A stretch of DNA of 64,000 bases from assembly GCA_047973065.1 (NCBI GenBank), contig JBKEBH010000302.1, positions 567 through 64,566 of the forward strand. Reading direction: 5' to 3'. Both the position numbers and the translations under genes were made by a program. The DNA comes from Paracoccus sp. (in: a-proteobacteria). Lineage in GTDB: Bacteria > Pseudomonadota > Alphaproteobacteria > Rhodobacterales > Rhodobacteraceae. Under the pieces are notes generated by a model. That model had not been told where the DNA came from. It saw only the letters and a list, made by a program, of their open reading frames with translations, and made no database searches. Shown here one piece after another: positions 7,073 through 22,093 of the stretch. How positions within the stretch are numbered: position 1 is the first letter of the stretch; each line of letters begins with the position of its first letter.

Positions 7073-8083
7073 ATGGACACACGAATCGAAGCCACCGTCA
7101 GATCGGCACTTGCCGGGCTTTTCCCAGCAGATGTCATCCGCGCCCTGAACGTTCAGGCCGGCCAGGTGAGCTTTGTGCTCGACATCGAGGCCGGCGAGCT
7201 GCCGGCAGATGCGGTCGAGCAGGCCCGCGCGGCCATTGCCGCCATCGACGGGGTGAGCGGGGTCGAGATCCGAACGGCGCGGCCGGTTCCGGTGCTCGAT
7301 GCGCCGCTGCCGGGGCCGGTGCCGCTTGCCGGGGTGGGCGCGATCATAGCGGTTGGCTCGGGCAAGGGCGGGGTCGGCAAGTCCACGGTCTCGGTCAATC
7401 TGGCGCTGGCTCTGGCCGATCAGGGGCTTCAGGTCGGGCTGCTCGATGCCGATATCTACGGGCCGTCGGTTCCGGTGATGCTGGGTGCGAGCGGCCGTCC
7501 CATCGGGCGCGAGAACCGGATCGTTCCGCTGAGCGCGCATGGCATCCGCTGCATGTCGGTCGGCATGCTGATGGCCGAGGGGCAGGCCCTGGTCTGGCGC
7601 GGCCCGATACTGGTCACCGCGATCCGGCAGATGCTGCATGATGTGATCTGGGAGCCGCTGGACGTTCTGGTCATCGACCTGCCGCCCGGGACCGGCGATG
7701 TGCAGATCACTCTGGCCCAGAGCGTGCCGCTGAGCGGCGCGGTGATCGTCACCACCCCGCAGGATGTGGCGCTGATCGACGCGCGCCGGGCCATCGACCT
7801 GTTCCATCAGACCGAGGTGCCGGTTCTGGGCCTGATCGAGAACATGTCGAGCCATATCTGTTCGTGCTGCGGGCAGGAGGACGACGTCTTCGGTCATGGC
7901 GGCGGTGAAGCCGAAGCCGCCGCGCAGGGCATTCCCTTCCTCGGGGCGCTGCCGCTGAGCCGTCCGGTCCGTGAAACCGGCGATCAGGGCGCACCGATCG
8001 TGCGCAGCGCCCCCGAGGGCACCGAGGCCGCCCGCTTCCACGCCATCGCCGCAAAGCTGATGGAATCGCTGGCCCGGGCCTGA
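7073..8083 (+). CDS. apbC: Mrp/NBP35 (ApbC) Fe-S cluster carrier ATPase
   Basis: GSGKGGVGKST, LDADIYGPS, VWRGP, DLPPGTGD, TTPQ and ENMS..ICSCC. Confidence 0.92.
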   Translation: MDTRIEATVRSALAGLFPADVIRALNVQAGQVSFVLDIEAGELPADAVEQARAAIAAIDGVSGVEIRTARPVPVLDAPLPGPVPLAGVGAIIAVGSGKGGVGKSTVSVNLALALADQGLQVGLLDADIYGPSVPVMLGASGRPIGRENRIVPLSAHGIRCMSVGMLMAEGQALVWRGPILVTAIRQMLHDVIWEPLDVLVIDLPPGTGDVQITLAQSVPLSGAVIVTTPQDVALIDARRAIDLFHQTEVPVLGLIENMSSHICSCCGQEDDVFGHGGGEAEAAAQGIPFLGALPLSRPVRETGDQGAPIVRSAPEGTEAARFHAIAAKLMESLARA

Positions 8084-8100
8084 CGCGACGGGCAGAAAGG

Positions 8101-8133
8101 AAAACCGCCCGGCTCTGGATCAGGGCCGGGCGG
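8101..8133 (-). terminator. Rho-independent terminator between the convergent apbC and pgm genes
   Basis: Hairpin ccgcccggctctg-gat-cagggccgggcgg, followed by TTTT on the minus strand. Confidence 0.7.
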
Positions 8134-8157
8134 CACAATGGCAGACTTGCCCGCGTC

Positions 8158-11882
<3,725 letters not shown>

Positions 11883-11889
11883 TTGCCCG

Positions 11890-13458
11890 TCAGTTTCTGG
11901 TCAACCTGTCATAGAGCGCCGCATAGTCGCGGGCCGAGGCGTCCCATCCGACCGGATGGGTCATCGCCCGAAAGGTCATTCGCTGCCAGATTGCGGGCTG
12001 CGCGTAAAGGGCAGAAACCTGACGCAGCGCCAATGACAGCGCGTCGCTGGTCACCGGCGAAAACTGTGCCCCGGTTGCCACGCCGGCCCGGATCGCCGCG
12101 TCATTGGCGTCGATCACGGTATCGGCCAGCCCGCCGGTATGGGCAACCAGCGGCAAGGTGCCATAGGCCAGACCATACATTTGGGTCAGCCCGCAAGGTT
12201 CGAAGCGCGAAGGCACCAGCACCACATCGCCGCCCGCGAACATGCGGTGCGACAGCGCCTCGTCATAGCCGATATGAACGCCGATCCGGCCCGGATGGTG
12301 TGAAGCGGCGCGCAGAAAGCCTTCCTGCAGATCGGGCTCGCCCGTGCCCAGAACCGCCAGCTGTCCGCCGCGCGAAATCAGCCCGGGCAGGTTTTCCAGC
12401 AGCAGATCCAGCCCCTTCTGCCGGGTCAGCCGGCTGACCACGATGAACAGCGGTCCGCCCTCGGCATCGAGCCGGAATTCCTCGCGCAGGGCTGCGGCGC
12501 AGGCGGCTTTGCCAGCCATATTGGCGGGGTCGTAATTGGCGGCGATCACCGGATCCCTGGCCGGGTTCCAGACCGCGGTATCGACCCCGTTCAGGATCCC
12601 CGACAGCGCATCGGCGCGGCGCCGGATCACGCCGTCGAGGCCAAAGCCGAATTCGGGGCGGGTCAGCTCTGCCGCATAGGTCGGCGAGACCGTGGTGATG
12701 GCATGGGCATAGACCAGCCCGGCTTTCAGCGCGCTGATCTGGCCCCAGAACTCATAGCCGTCGGGATGAAATTCGTTATAGGGCAGGCGCAATTCGTCGA
12801 TCTGCCGGGCCTGTGCGATGCCCTGGAAGGCGATATTATGCACCGTCATGATCGACGGGGTCACGCCCCTGGTCCACAGAGGGGCAAAGCCCGCCTGCCA
12901 GTCATGGGCATGGATCAGATCGGGCTTCCAGCCATCCTTCAGCCCGTGGCTGGCGATTTCGGCGGCAGCCCAGCTCAGCGCGGCAAAGCGGCGAGGATTG
13001 TCAGGCCAGTCGGCACCGAATTCGTCGATATAAAGCGAGCCGGGCCGGTCATAAAGATGCGGCGCATCCAGCAACAGCAGCTCGATCCCGGCGGCCTTCC
13101 CGCTCAGCACCCGGGCCGGGCCACCGTAAAGATCGGGATCCGACCACAGTTCGATCGGGCTTTCCAGCCGCTTGATCAGCCCGCGATAGGCCGGGATCAA
13201 TGTGCGCAGCTGCCAGTTCTGCGCCGCCATGGCGGCGGGCAGGGCGCCAACGACATCGGCCAGCCCCCCGGTCTTGATCAGCGGCGCGCATTCCGAAGCG
13301 ACCGACAGCACCCGGCCAAGCTTTGCCGGCTCGGGCGCGACCGGATTGGTCAGCTTGAGCGGGGCCCGGGCCGGAGCTTTCGCTCCGGCCGGCGTGGTTC
13401 CGGTCTTGCCGGACCCACCCTTGCTGCCCGCCTGCGGGTGTGTCGGTGCCGCGCTCAT
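11890..13458 (-). CDS. glgA: Glycogen synthase
   Basis: [14 protein letters not shown] and [14 protein letters not shown] at 13458 overlaps the glgC stop (ATGA). Confidence 0.96.
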   Translation of the reverse strand: MSAAPTHPQAGSKGGSGKTGTTPAGAKAPARAPLKLTNPVAPEPAKLGRVLSVASECAPLIKTGGLADVVGALPAAMAAQNWQLRTLIPAYRGLIKRLESPIELWSDPDLYGGPARVLSGKAAGIELLLLDAPHLYDRPGSLYIDEFGADWPDNPRRFAALSWAAAEIASHGLKDGWKPDLIHAHDWQAGFAPLWTRGVTPSIMTVHNIAFQGIAQARQIDELRLPYNEFHPDGYEFWGQISALKAGLVYAHAITTVSPTYAAELTRPEFGFGLDGVIRRRADALSGILNGVDTAVWNPARDPVIAANYDPANMAGKAACAAALREEFRLDAEGGPLFIVVSRLTRQKGLDLLLENLPGLISRGGQLAVLGTGEPDLQEGFLRAASHHPGRIGVHIGYDEALSHRMFAGGDVVLVPSRFEPCGLTQMYGLAYGTLPLVAHTGGLADTVIDANDAAIRAGVATGAQFSPVTSDALSLALRQVSALYAQPAIWQRMTFRAMTHPVGWDASARDYAALYDRLTRN

Positions 13459-14723
13459 CGTGCCGCGTTCCAGCGGTTGATCATGTCCTGCGTGATCAGC
13501 GTCACCCCGCCCTCGCTGCGGCGGAACCATTTCGCGTCCTCTTGCGGATCCTCGCCGACGACCAGCCCTTCCGGGATCTCGACCCCGCGGTCGATGACGA
13601 CATTGCTCAGTTGCACATGGCGGCCGATATTGACGTATGGCATGGCGACGACCGATTTCAGCGTCGAATAGCTGTTGGCCTTCACCCCGGTGAACAGCAG
13701 CGAATTGCGTACCTCGGAGCCCGAGATGATGCAGCCGCCCGAAACCATCGAGCTGACCGCATGGCCGCGCCGGTCTTCGTCGTCATGGATGAACTTGGCC
13801 GGCGGAACGATTTCGCCGTAAGTCCAGATTGGCCAGCTCTGATCGTAAAGATCCAGCTCGGGCGAGAAATCGGTCAGGTCGATATTGGCGCGCCAGAAGG
13901 CGTCGATCGTGCCGACATCGCGCCAATAGGCCGGCGCATCGGGGCTGGAGCGCACACAGCTTTCGGTGAAGCGATGGGCGACGGCCTTGCCGTTCCTGAC
14001 CAGTTCCGGGATCAGGTCATGGCCGAAATCATGGCTGGAATTGGGATCGGCGCCGTCTTTGAGCAGCATCTCGCGCAGGAATTTCCAGTCGAAGACATAG
14101 ATCCCCATCGAGGCCAGCGTCGAATTGGGATCGTCCGGCATGCCGGGCGGGTCGGTCGGCTTTTCGAGGAAGGAAATGATGCGGCCATCGGCATCGACAT
14201 CCATGACCCCGAAGGCTGAAGCTTCGGAACGCGGCACGGTCAGGCAGCCCACCGTCACATCGGCACCCGAATCGACATGCTGCTGCAGCATCAGCTCGTA
14301 ATCCATCTTGTAGATGTGATCGCCGGCCAGAATGATGATGTAGTCGATATGATAGCTGTCGATGATGTCGATATTCTGGGTCACCGCGTCCGCAGTGCCG
14401 CGATACCAGTTTTCCTCATCCATCTGCTGGGATGCCGGCAGAATGTCGAGGAATTCGTTGCGCTCGGAGCGGAAGAAGGACCAGCCACGGTTCAGGTGGC
14501 GGATCAGGCTGTGGGCCTTGTATTGCGTCGCCACCGCCATCTTGCGGATGCCGGAATTGAGCGCATTGGACAGCGCGAAGTCGATGATCCGCGACTTGCC
14601 GCCGAAATAGACGGCAGGTTTGGCGCGCCGGTCGGTCAATTCCTTCAGGCGCGATCCGCGGCCTCCGGCCAGCACATAGGCCATGGCGCGGGATGAGAGG
14701 CGGTTTGGTCGGTACAGGGTCAT
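13455..14723 (-). CDS. glgC: Glucose-1-phosphate adenylyltransferase
   Basis: [24 protein letters not shown] and YWRDVGT. GAGGAG RBS precedes 14723. Confidence 0.97.
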   Translation of the reverse strand: MTLYRPNRLSSRAMAYVLAGGRGSRLKELTDRRAKPAVYFGGKSRIIDFALSNALNSGIRKMAVATQYKAHSLIRHLNRGWSFFRSERNEFLDILPASQQMDEENWYRGTADAVTQNIDIIDSYHIDYIIILAGDHIYKMDYELMLQQHVDSGADVTVGCLTVPRSEASAFGVMDVDADGRIISFLEKPTDPPGMPDDPNSTLASMGIYVFDWKFLREMLLKDGADPNSSHDFGHDLIPELVRNGKAVAHRFTESCVRSSPDAPAYWRDVGTIDAFWRANIDLTDFSPELDLYDQSWPIWTYGEIVPPAKFIHDDEDRRGHAVSSMVSGGCIISGSEVRNSLLFTGVKANSYSTLKSVVAMPYVNIGRHVQLSNVVIDRGVEIPEGLVVGEDPQEDAKWFRRSEGGVTLITQDMINRWNAAR

Positions 14724-14748
14724 GGGTCTCCTCCCCACTGATAAATCG

Positions 14749-16989
14749 TTATTTCGCTTCGTAAATCAGCACCGAAAGCGGCGGCAGATCGACCAGTGCC
14801 GAATGGTCGTAGCCCTGCCATTCACCCTCCTCCACGGCGAGGTTCTGCACAGTGTGCATGTTCGAGCCGCCATAAATTCCGGCATCCGAATTCAGCCGCA
14901 GCGTCCAGTTGCCGCCGCGCGGCAGGCCCAGACGCCAGCCGGAGCGCGGCACCGGGGTGAAGTTGCATACCGCAACCACCGGCGCATCGCCCTCTTCGCC
15001 GTAGCGGGCGAAGGCCACGACCGATTCCTCGGCGGCGCCGCTTTCGATCCAGCCAAAGCCCTCGGGCGCAGTGTCACGCCGATGCAGGGCCGGCAGCTCG
15101 CGGTAGAGCTTGTTGAGATCGCGCACCAGCGTCTGCACGCCTTTATGGCTGGGATCGTCCAGCAGGTGCCAGTCCAGCGAGGCGTCGTGGTTCCATTCCT
15201 TGCGCTGCGCAAATTCGCAGCCCATGAACAGCAGCTTCTTGCCGGGATGGGTCCACATGAAGCCGTAATAGGCGCGCAGATTGGCGAATTTCTGCCAGTC
15301 GTCGCCCGGCATTTTTTCCAGCATCGAGCCCTTACCATGGACGACCTCGTCATGGCTGATCGGCAGGATGAAGTTTTCCGAAAACGCATAGACCAGCCCG
15401 AAGGTCAGCTGGTTGTGGTGATGGCTGCGGTGAACCGGCTCGCGCTTGATGTAATCGAGCGTGTCATTCATCCAGCCCATGTTCCACTTGAAGCCGAAAC
15501 CGAGCCCGCCGGCATCGACGGGGCGCGACACGCCCGGAAACGCGGTCGATTCCTCGGCCACGGTCATGATACCGGGCACCTCGCCATAGGTGACGGTATT
15601 GACCTCGCGCAGGAAGTCGATGGCTTCAAGATTTTCGCGCCCGCCATGGATATTGGGCACCCATTCGCCGTCATTGCGCGAATAGTCGCGATAGAGCATC
15701 GAGGCCACCGCATCGACGCGCAGCCCGTCGAGATGATATTCCTTCAGCCAGTAAAGCGCATTGGCGGTCAGATAGTTCGACACTTCACGCCGACCGTAAT
15801 TGAAGATCAGCGTGTTCCAGTCCTGATGGAAGCCCTCGCGCGGGTCGGCATGCTCGTAAAGCGCGGTGCCGTCGAAGCGGGCAAGCCCGTGGATATCGGT
15901 CGGGAAGTGACCGGGCACCCAGTCCAGCATGATGCCGATATCGGCGTCATGGGCGGCCTCGACCAAGGCGCGGAACTCGTCCGGCGTGCCAAAGCGGATG
16001 GTCGGGGCATAAAGTCCGATCGGCTGGTAACCCCAGGAGCCGTCGAAGGGAAATTCCGAAATCGGCAGCAGTTCGATATGGGTAAAGCCCATATCGCGGG
16101 CATAAGGGATCAGCTCTCGCGCATGTTCCAGATAGGAGAGCGGGCGGCGGTTGCCATCTTCGGCGACGCGGCGCCAGCTGCCCAGATGGACCTCGTAGAT
16201 CGAAACCGGAGCCGTGATGTCCTGCGCCTTCTGCCGGCGCTCCATCCAGCTGCCGTCGCGCCATTCGAACCCGTCGATCTTGCGCACCACCGAGGCGGTT
16301 GCCGGCGGATGCTCGGACCCGAAACCGACTGGGTCGGCCTTTTCGGGCAGCGGCTCGCCATGGGGGCCGGTGATGGAATATTTATAGGCCTCGCCCTCGC
16401 CGATATTGGGGATGAAGATTTCCCAGACCCCGGTCGAGCCGCGCCGGCGCATGCCGTGGCGGCGGGTGTCCCAATTGTTGAATTCGCCCAGCACCGAGAC
16501 GCGGCGGGCATTGGGGGCCCAGATCGCGAAATGGGTGCCCTGGACGCCCTGATGGTTGATGATATGGGCGCCGAGCGCCTTCCACAGCTCGCGATGGGTG
16601 CCTTCGCCGATCAGATATTCGTCGATCTGGCCCAGAACCGGGCCGAAGCGATAGGGGTCTTCATATTCCCAGCTCTGCTCGCCATCGGTGCCGCGCAGCA
16701 GATAGGGGGTGGGCTCGGGCAGGAAACCCGCAAAAAGGCCCGGCGCGCCCTCGACCGGGCGCATCGGGAAAACGCCCTCGATGGTCGCAACCGACATTTC
16801 GCTTGCGCCGTGATCGAGCGCCACAACCCGCCAGCCACCGGCGACGGGATGGGGACCAAGCAGCGAGAAGGGATCGGCCTCGCGGCCCTCGGACAGCGCG
16901 CGGGCGCGGTCCGGGGGCAGGCGCAGTTCAAACCCAGTATCCGTTGTCATCGAAGACTTATCGTCAAGATTGTCTTCCAAACTCATCAC
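14749..16989 (-). CDS. glgB: 1,4-alpha-glucan branching enzyme
   Basis: [31 protein letters not shown] and SHDEVVHGK. Confidence 0.97.
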   Translation of the reverse strand: MMSLEDNLDDKSSMTTDTGFELRLPPDRARALSEGREADPFSLLGPHPVAGGWRVVALDHGASEMSVATIEGVFPMRPVEGAPGLFAGFLPEPTPYLLRGTDGEQSWEYEDPYRFGPVLGQIDEYLIGEGTHRELWKALGAHIINHQGVQGTHFAIWAPNARRVSVLGEFNNWDTRRHGMRRRGSTGVWEIFIPNIGEGEAYKYSITGPHGEPLPEKADPVGFGSEHPPATASVVRKIDGFEWRDGSWMERRQKAQDITAPVSIYEVHLGSWRRVAEDGNRRPLSYLEHARELIPYARDMGFTHIELLPISEFPFDGSWGYQPIGLYAPTIRFGTPDEFRALVEAAHDADIGIMLDWVPGHFPTDIHGLARFDGTALYEHADPREGFHQDWNTLIFNYGRREVSNYLTANALYWLKEYHLDGLRVDAVASMLYRDYSRNDGEWVPNIHGGRENLEAIDFLREVNTVTYGEVPGIMTVAEESTAFPGVSRPVDAGGLGFGFKWNMGWMNDTLDYIKREPVHRSHHHNQLTFGLVYAFSENFILPISHDEVVHGKGSMLEKMPGDDWQKFANLRAYYGFMWTHPGKKLLFMGCEFAQRKEWNHDASLDWHLLDDPSHKGVQTLVRDLNKLYRELPALHRRDTAPEGFGWIESGAAEESVVAFARYGEEGDAPVVAVCNFTPVPRSGWRLGLPRGGNWTLRLNSDAGIYGGSNMHTVQNLAVEEGEWQGYDHSALVDLPPLSVLIYEAK

Positions 16990-19384
16990 GTCCCTCCATC
17001 ATCCACACCCGGTCCATGTAATCGCGGACCGATCGGTCGGACGAGAACCAGCCCATGCGCGCGGTATTCAGCGCGGCCATGCGATTCCAGCCCGTCTTGT
17101 CCCCATAAGAGGCATCAATGCGCTTCTGTGTCGATTGGTAATCGGCAAAATCCGAACAGACCAGATAGGTGTCCCAATTGGTCAGGATATCGACCAGCCG
17201 ACCATAGCGCGCCGGATCTTCGCCGAAAGTGCCGGTGGCGATCAGGCTGATCGCGCGCGACAACGAGGGCGATGCGGCAATCGCCTTGCGGGCGTGATCG
17301 GGGATGGCGCGGGTCTGTTCGACCTCTTCGGTGGTCATGCCGAACAGGAAAAAGTTCTCCGGCCCGACATGTTCGCGGATTTCGACATTGGCGCCGTCCA
17401 GCGTGCCGATGGTCAGCGCGCCGTTCAGCGAGAGTTTCATATTGCCGGTGCCCGAGGCCTCCTTGCCCGCCGTTGAAATCTGCTCCGACAGATCGGCCGC
17501 CGGGATCAGCCGGACCGCCATCGAGACGTTGTAATTGGCCGGATAGGCGACCATCAGGCGGCCGCGCATCAGCGGGTCGTTGTTAACAACATCGGCTACG
17601 TCGTTGATCAGGTGGATAATTTCTTTGGCGACGGCATAGCCGGGCGCGGCCTTGCCGCCGAAGATCTTGACGCGGGGCTGCCATTCGGCATCCGGGTTCT
17701 GGCGGATCTCGTCCCAGCGGGCGATGGGTTCCAGCACGTTAAGCAGCTGGCGCTTATATTCATGGATGCGCTTGATCTGCACATCGTAAAGCGCATCCGG
17801 GTCCGGGGTGATGCCCAGCTTTTCGCCCAGCCAGTTCGACAGCGCGACCTTGTTTTCGCGCTTGGCGCTCGCATAGCGTTCCAGCCAGCCATTGTCCTGG
17901 ATCGCCGGCTCCAGCCCGGTCAGACGGTCGAGATGATCGACCCATTCTTCATTGCCAAGGGTTTCGGTGATCAGACCTGACAGCGCCGGATTGGCCGAAT
18001 AGAGCCAGCGGCGCGGGGTCACGCCATTGGTGACATTCACAATCCGGTCGGGATGCAGTTTGTTCAGATCGTGGAAAACGGTTTCCTTCATCAGCTCGGT
18101 ATGCAGGGCCGATACGCCGTTGACATGGCCCGACTGCATGAAGGCCAGCGTGCCCATATGGACCTGACCGTGATGGATCGCCGACAACTCCCACGGGCGG
18201 CCGGGATTGCGGCGCTTGTGGTGATCGTCGATGCGCTCGACCAGATCCATATGGCGCGGCAGCACCTTGCGGAACAGGCCCTCCGACCAGGCTTCCAGCG
18301 CCTCGGGCAGCAGTGTGTGGTTGGTATAGTTCAGCACGCGTTCGGCGATGTCGGCGGCCTGGTCGAAATCCTGGCCGAAATCGTCGATCAGCACCCGCAC
18401 CAGCTCGGCGCCGGCAATCGCGGGGTGGGTGTCGTTCATCTGGATGGCAACGCGCTCGGGCAGCTGGGCGATGCTTTCGCCTTCCGAAACGAACCGGCGC
18501 ATGATGTCGCGCACCGAGGCGGCGGTGAAGAAATATTCCTGCTTGAGGCGCAGCTCCTTGCCGGCCTCTGTCGAATCGTCGGGATAGAGCACGCGGCTGA
18601 TGGTCCGGGCCAGCGATTCCGCGGTGCCGGCCGCGACATATTCGCCGCGGTTGAAGCGGGCAAGGTCGAATTCGGTCGCGGCCTTGCCGGCCCAGAGCCG
18701 CAGCGTATTGGCCCAACGCCCGCGCCAGCCGATGATCGGCGTGTCATAGGCGGCGGCGATGACGGTTTCTTCCGGGTGCCAGATCTTCTTGGGCCCGTCG
18801 CCCTCGATCCAGCCGCCAAAGCCGATCTCATAGGCGGCCTCGGGACGCTCGAATTCCCAGGGGTTGCGCGATTTCAGCCAGCTGTCGGCGGTTTCCACCT
18901 GCCGGCCATGATCGAAACGCTGACGGAAGAGGCCATGCTCATAGCGCAGGCCATAGCCGTAAGCCGGGCAGCCGACGGTTGCCATGGATTCCATGTAGCA
19001 GGCGGCGAGACGGCCAAGACCGCCATTGCCGAGCGCAGCTTCGGGTTCGTCATGGATGACCTCGTCGTAATCGACGCCGAAGCCGCGCAGGGCTTCGCGG
19101 GCGCTGTCATCGAGACTGAGATTGACAACCGAATCCTCCAGCAGCCGTCCGATCAGAAATTCCATCGACAGGTAATGCACCCGCTTCAGACGGTTTTCAT
19201 AGGTGGCACGGGTCGAGGCAAACCAAGGCTGGACGATCCGGTCCCGCACCGCCAGCGACAGCGCAACCCGCCAGTCATGGATGGAGGCATGGGCCGTATC
19301 CTTGCCGATCGAATAGGTCAGGTGATCGAGGATAGACTGCGCCAGATCCTTCGGGTTGGCACTCGTTACGGGCTGAGTCATCAT
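16964..19384 (-). CDS. glgP: Glycogen/starch phosphorylase
   Basis: [23 protein letters not shown] and EASGTGNMK (PLP lysine). Start estimated at 19384 or 19381. Confidence 0.96.
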   Translation of the reverse strand: MMTQPVTSANPKDLAQSILDHLTYSIGKDTAHASIHDWRVALSLAVRDRIVQPWFASTRATYENRLKRVHYLSMEFLIGRLLEDSVVNLSLDDSAREALRGFGVDYDEVIHDEPEAALGNGGLGRLAACYMESMATVGCPAYGYGLRYEHGLFRQRFDHGRQVETADSWLKSRNPWEFERPEAAYEIGFGGWIEGDGPKKIWHPEETVIAAAYDTPIIGWRGRWANTLRLWAGKAATEFDLARFNRGEYVAAGTAESLARTISRVLYPDDSTEAGKELRLKQEYFFTAASVRDIMRRFVSEGESIAQLPERVAIQMNDTHPAIAGAELVRVLIDDFGQDFDQAADIAERVLNYTNHTLLPEALEAWSEGLFRKVLPRHMDLVERIDDHHKRRNPGRPWELSAIHHGQVHMGTLAFMQSGHVNGVSALHTELMKETVFHDLNKLHPDRIVNVTNGVTPRRWLYSANPALSGLITETLGNEEWVDHLDRLTGLEPAIQDNGWLERYASAKRENKVALSNWLGEKLGITPDPDALYDVQIKRIHEYKRQLLNVLEPIARWDEIRQNPDAEWQPRVKIFGGKAAPGYAVAKEIIHLINDVADVVNNDPLMRGRLMVAYPANYNVSMAVRLIPAADLSEQISTAGKEASGTGNMKLSLNGALTIGTLDGANVEIREHVGPENFFLFGMTTEEVEQTRAIPDHARKAIAASPSLSRAISLIATGTFGEDPARYGRLVDILTNWDTYLVCSDFADYQSTQKRIDASYGDKTGWNRMAALNTARMGWFSSDRSVRDYMDRVWMMEGRDEFGRQS

Positions 19385-19490
19385 TGCGTTCCGTGTAAAT
19401 CTGATGTTAGCGGCATCATTAGGCCGGCACGATGCCGGGTTCAATGGGTGGCCGAAGCCGATGGCCGTATAATCGGCCAAGGAGATGAAG

Positions 19491-21077
19491 ATGGCAAATG
19501 AGTGGTGGCGCGGTGCGGTGACTTATCAGGTCTATCCGCGCTCGTTTCAGGACAGCAATGGCGACGGGATCGGCGATCTGAAGGGGATTACCGAACGTAT
19601 CCGCCATATTGCCAGCCTTGGGGTTGATGCGGTCTGGCTTTCGCCGGTCTTTACCTCGCCCATGGCCGATATGGGCTATGACGTGTCCGATTATACCGAT
19701 ATCGACCCGCTCTTCGGTACGCTGGAAGATTTCGACCGGATGGTGGCCAAGGCCCATGAATTCGGGCTGAAAGTCATCATTGATCAGGTGCTTAGCCATT
19801 CCTCGGATCAGCACCCGTTCTTTGTCGAAAGCCGTCAGGGCAAGGACAACCCGAAATCCGACTGGTATGTCTGGGCCGATGCCAGGCCCGACGGAACCCC
19901 GCCCAATAACTGGTCCTCGGTTTTCGGCGGCTCGGCCTGGGAATGGGACGGGCACCGCAAGCAGTATTATCTGCACAATTTCCTGACCTCGCAGCCCGAT
20001 TTCAACTTCCACAACAAGGAAGTGCAGGACTGGCTGCTGGAAACCATGCGCTTCTGGCTGGATCGCGGCGTGGACGGATTCCGGCTCGATACGGTCAATT
20101 TCTATTTCCACGACCAAAAGCTGCGCAATAATCCGCCGAGGAAGGGCGAGCCGCAGGTCAATCCCTATGAAATGCAGCTGCACCGCTTCTCGAAGACCCG
20201 GCCGGAGAACCTGGATTTCCTTGCACGGCTGCGTCGGCTGACCGATGAATATGGCGCGGCGATGGTCGGTGAGGTTGGCGATTCGACCCGCGCGGTCGAG
20301 ATCATGGCCGAATACACTTCGGGCGATAAGCACCTTCACCAAGCCTACAGCTTCGACATGCTCGGCCCCGAATTCACCCCGAAGCATTTCCGCACCAAGA
20401 TCGAGAGCTTTTTCAAGGACGCCCCCGATGGCTGGCCGACCTGGGCGTTTTCGAACCATGACGTCATCCGCCACATGACCCGCTGGGAGGACCATGGCGC
20501 CGATCAGGACAGCCTGGCCAAGCTGGCCTGCGCGATGCTGCTGTCCTTCCCCGGCTCGATCTGCATCTATCAGGGCGAGGAGCTGGGCCAGACCGAGACC
20601 GAGCTGGAGTTTTCCGAGCTGACCGACCCGCCCGGCATCCGCTTCTGGCCCGATTACAAGGGCCGTGACGGTTGCCGCACGCCGATGGTCTGGGATGGCA
20701 ATGGCAATACCGCCGGCGGTTTCTCGACCGCAAAGCCCTGGCTGCCGGTCAAGTCGCCGCAGCTGGCCCGCAATGTCGCCGCGCAAGAGGCCGATATCCA
20801 CTCGGTCATGCATTTCTACCGGCACATGCTGGAATTCCGTTCGGAGCGGGCCGAGCTCAATGGCGCCGCTCTGGCCGAATTCATCCGCAGCTCGGCGAAT
20901 ACGCTGGTCTTCCGCAGGGGCGCGCTGACCTGCGCCTTCAACCTCAGCCCCGAGGCCGCCACCGTCAAGCTGCCCATAGGTGCCGAACCGACCCTGGCCG
21001 GTCCGCGTCAGGCGGCGGAGCTGGACGGGATCAGCCTGAGCCTCGGGCCGAACGGCTTTGCCTTCATCCAGCGCTGA
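19491..21077 (+). CDS. aglA: GH13 alpha-glucosidase (AglA-like)
   Basis: WWRGAVTYQVYPRSF, DMGYDVSDY, DGFRLDTVN, SNHD and RDGCRTPM. AAGGAG RBS spacing favours the start at 19491. Confidence 0.88.
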   Translation: MANEWWRGAVTYQVYPRSFQDSNGDGIGDLKGITERIRHIASLGVDAVWLSPVFTSPMADMGYDVSDYTDIDPLFGTLEDFDRMVAKAHEFGLKVIIDQVLSHSSDQHPFFVESRQGKDNPKSDWYVWADARPDGTPPNNWSSVFGGSAWEWDGHRKQYYLHNFLTSQPDFNFHNKEVQDWLLETMRFWLDRGVDGFRLDTVNFYFHDQKLRNNPPRKGEPQVNPYEMQLHRFSKTRPENLDFLARLRRLTDEYGAAMVGEVGDSTRAVEIMAEYTSGDKHLHQAYSFDMLGPEFTPKHFRTKIESFFKDAPDGWPTWAFSNHDVIRHMTRWEDHGADQDSLAKLACAMLLSFPGSICIYQGEELGQTETELEFSELTDPPGIRFWPDYKGRDGCRTPMVWDGNGNTAGGFSTAKPWLPVKSPQLARNVAAQEADIHSVMHFYRHMLEFRSERAELNGAALAEFIRSSANTLVFRRGALTCAFNLSPEAATVKLPIGAEPTLAGPRQAAELDGISLSLGPNGFAFIQR

Positions 21078-21155
21078 TCGCTGAGCGCTGACGGGCGCTG
21101 CATGAAACGGGGCGCTGCCATCCGGCCGCGCTCCGTTTTCGTTCCGCGATGCGTT

Positions 21156-21839
21156 TCAGCGATCGTCCATGCTCGGCTCGGGCAGGGCGACGCGTGTCAG
21201 GGCCGCCCGGTCGGTAATGATGACGCGCGCACCATCGACCTTGATGCCGTCGCTTTCCAGCGCTCGGATGGTGCGCGACAGGCTTTCCGGCGCGATCCCC
21301 AGATAGGATGCCAGATGGCGCTTGCCAAAGGGCAGGACGAGGCTGGCCTCATTGCCGGCGTGATGCAGGATCCATGCTGCCAGCCTTTCGCGGGCAGTGC
21401 GCAGCTTGAGGTTCTTGGCCTGAAGCACCATGCCGCGGAAGCTGTTGGCCAGCTCGTTCAGCGCGGCCATGGCGAAGCCGGCATCGTTGCGCATGGCGGC
21501 GCGCAGATCGGCGGCCGGCAGCAGCACGATGCGCGAGGCCTCAAGCGTGCGCGCCGACATCAGATAGGGCGCGTCGCGGATGCAGGCCGCCAGAATGAAG
21601 GCCGAGATCGGCCGCGCCACCCCCATCACCGTTTCACGCCCGCTCCATGAGGCATGGAATTCGACCGATCCCTCGATGATGACATGTAGGAAATCCGCCA
21701 TTTGCCCATGGCGGAACAGCTCAAGCTGGGGGGGGAACATCTGCACATAGGCGATGTTCATCAGATCGTCGAAGGTCCGGGTTTTCATCTCGCGGAACAG
21801 CGGCAGGCGGCGTAGGCCGGGCTTTTCGTCTTCTCGCAT
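21156..21839 (-). CDS. narR: Crp/Fnr-family regulator divergent from narK (NarR-like)
   Basis: cNMP-type domain plus HTH LASYLGIAPESLSR. No FNR Cys cluster. Position matches Paracoccus narR. Confidence 0.8.
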   Translation of the reverse strand: MREDEKPGLRRLPLFREMKTRTFDDLMNIAYVQMFPPQLELFRHGQMADFLHVIIEGSVEFHASWSGRETVMGVARPISAFILAACIRDAPYLMSARTLEASRIVLLPAADLRAAMRNDAGFAMAALNELANSFRGMVLQAKNLKLRTARERLAAWILHHAGNEASLVLPFGKRHLASYLGIAPESLSRTIRALESDGIKVDGARVIITDRAALTRVALPEPSMDDR

Positions 21840-21888
21840 GAATCGCTCTCCTTTCCTTGGCGCATAACAGGTCAGCAGTAATTTAAAA

Positions 21889-21902
21889 TTGATATTAATC
21901 AA
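21889..21902. promoter_or_regulatory. FNR box (perfect), narR-proximal
   Basis: TTGAT-ATTA-ATCAA. Confidence 0.9.
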
Positions 21903-22002
21903 TATTAGATGGGGCCTTTGATAAACTTGGAAATAACATTCAATATATGGCGCAAGATCACATGTTAATTAAGGATAGAATTTGCGACGACCTATGTTAG
22001 AT

Positions 22003-22016
22003 TTGATCTGGATCAA
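22003..22016. promoter_or_regulatory. FNR box (perfect), narK-proximal
   Basis: TTGAT-CTGG-ATCAA. Confidence 0.9.
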
Positions 22017-22093
22017 GTCTTTTGCCTGTCCAGCCTCTACTGCTTTCGTCGGTTTATGGGCACCGACAAGGTGCAAGATTGAGGAGCTTCGCG

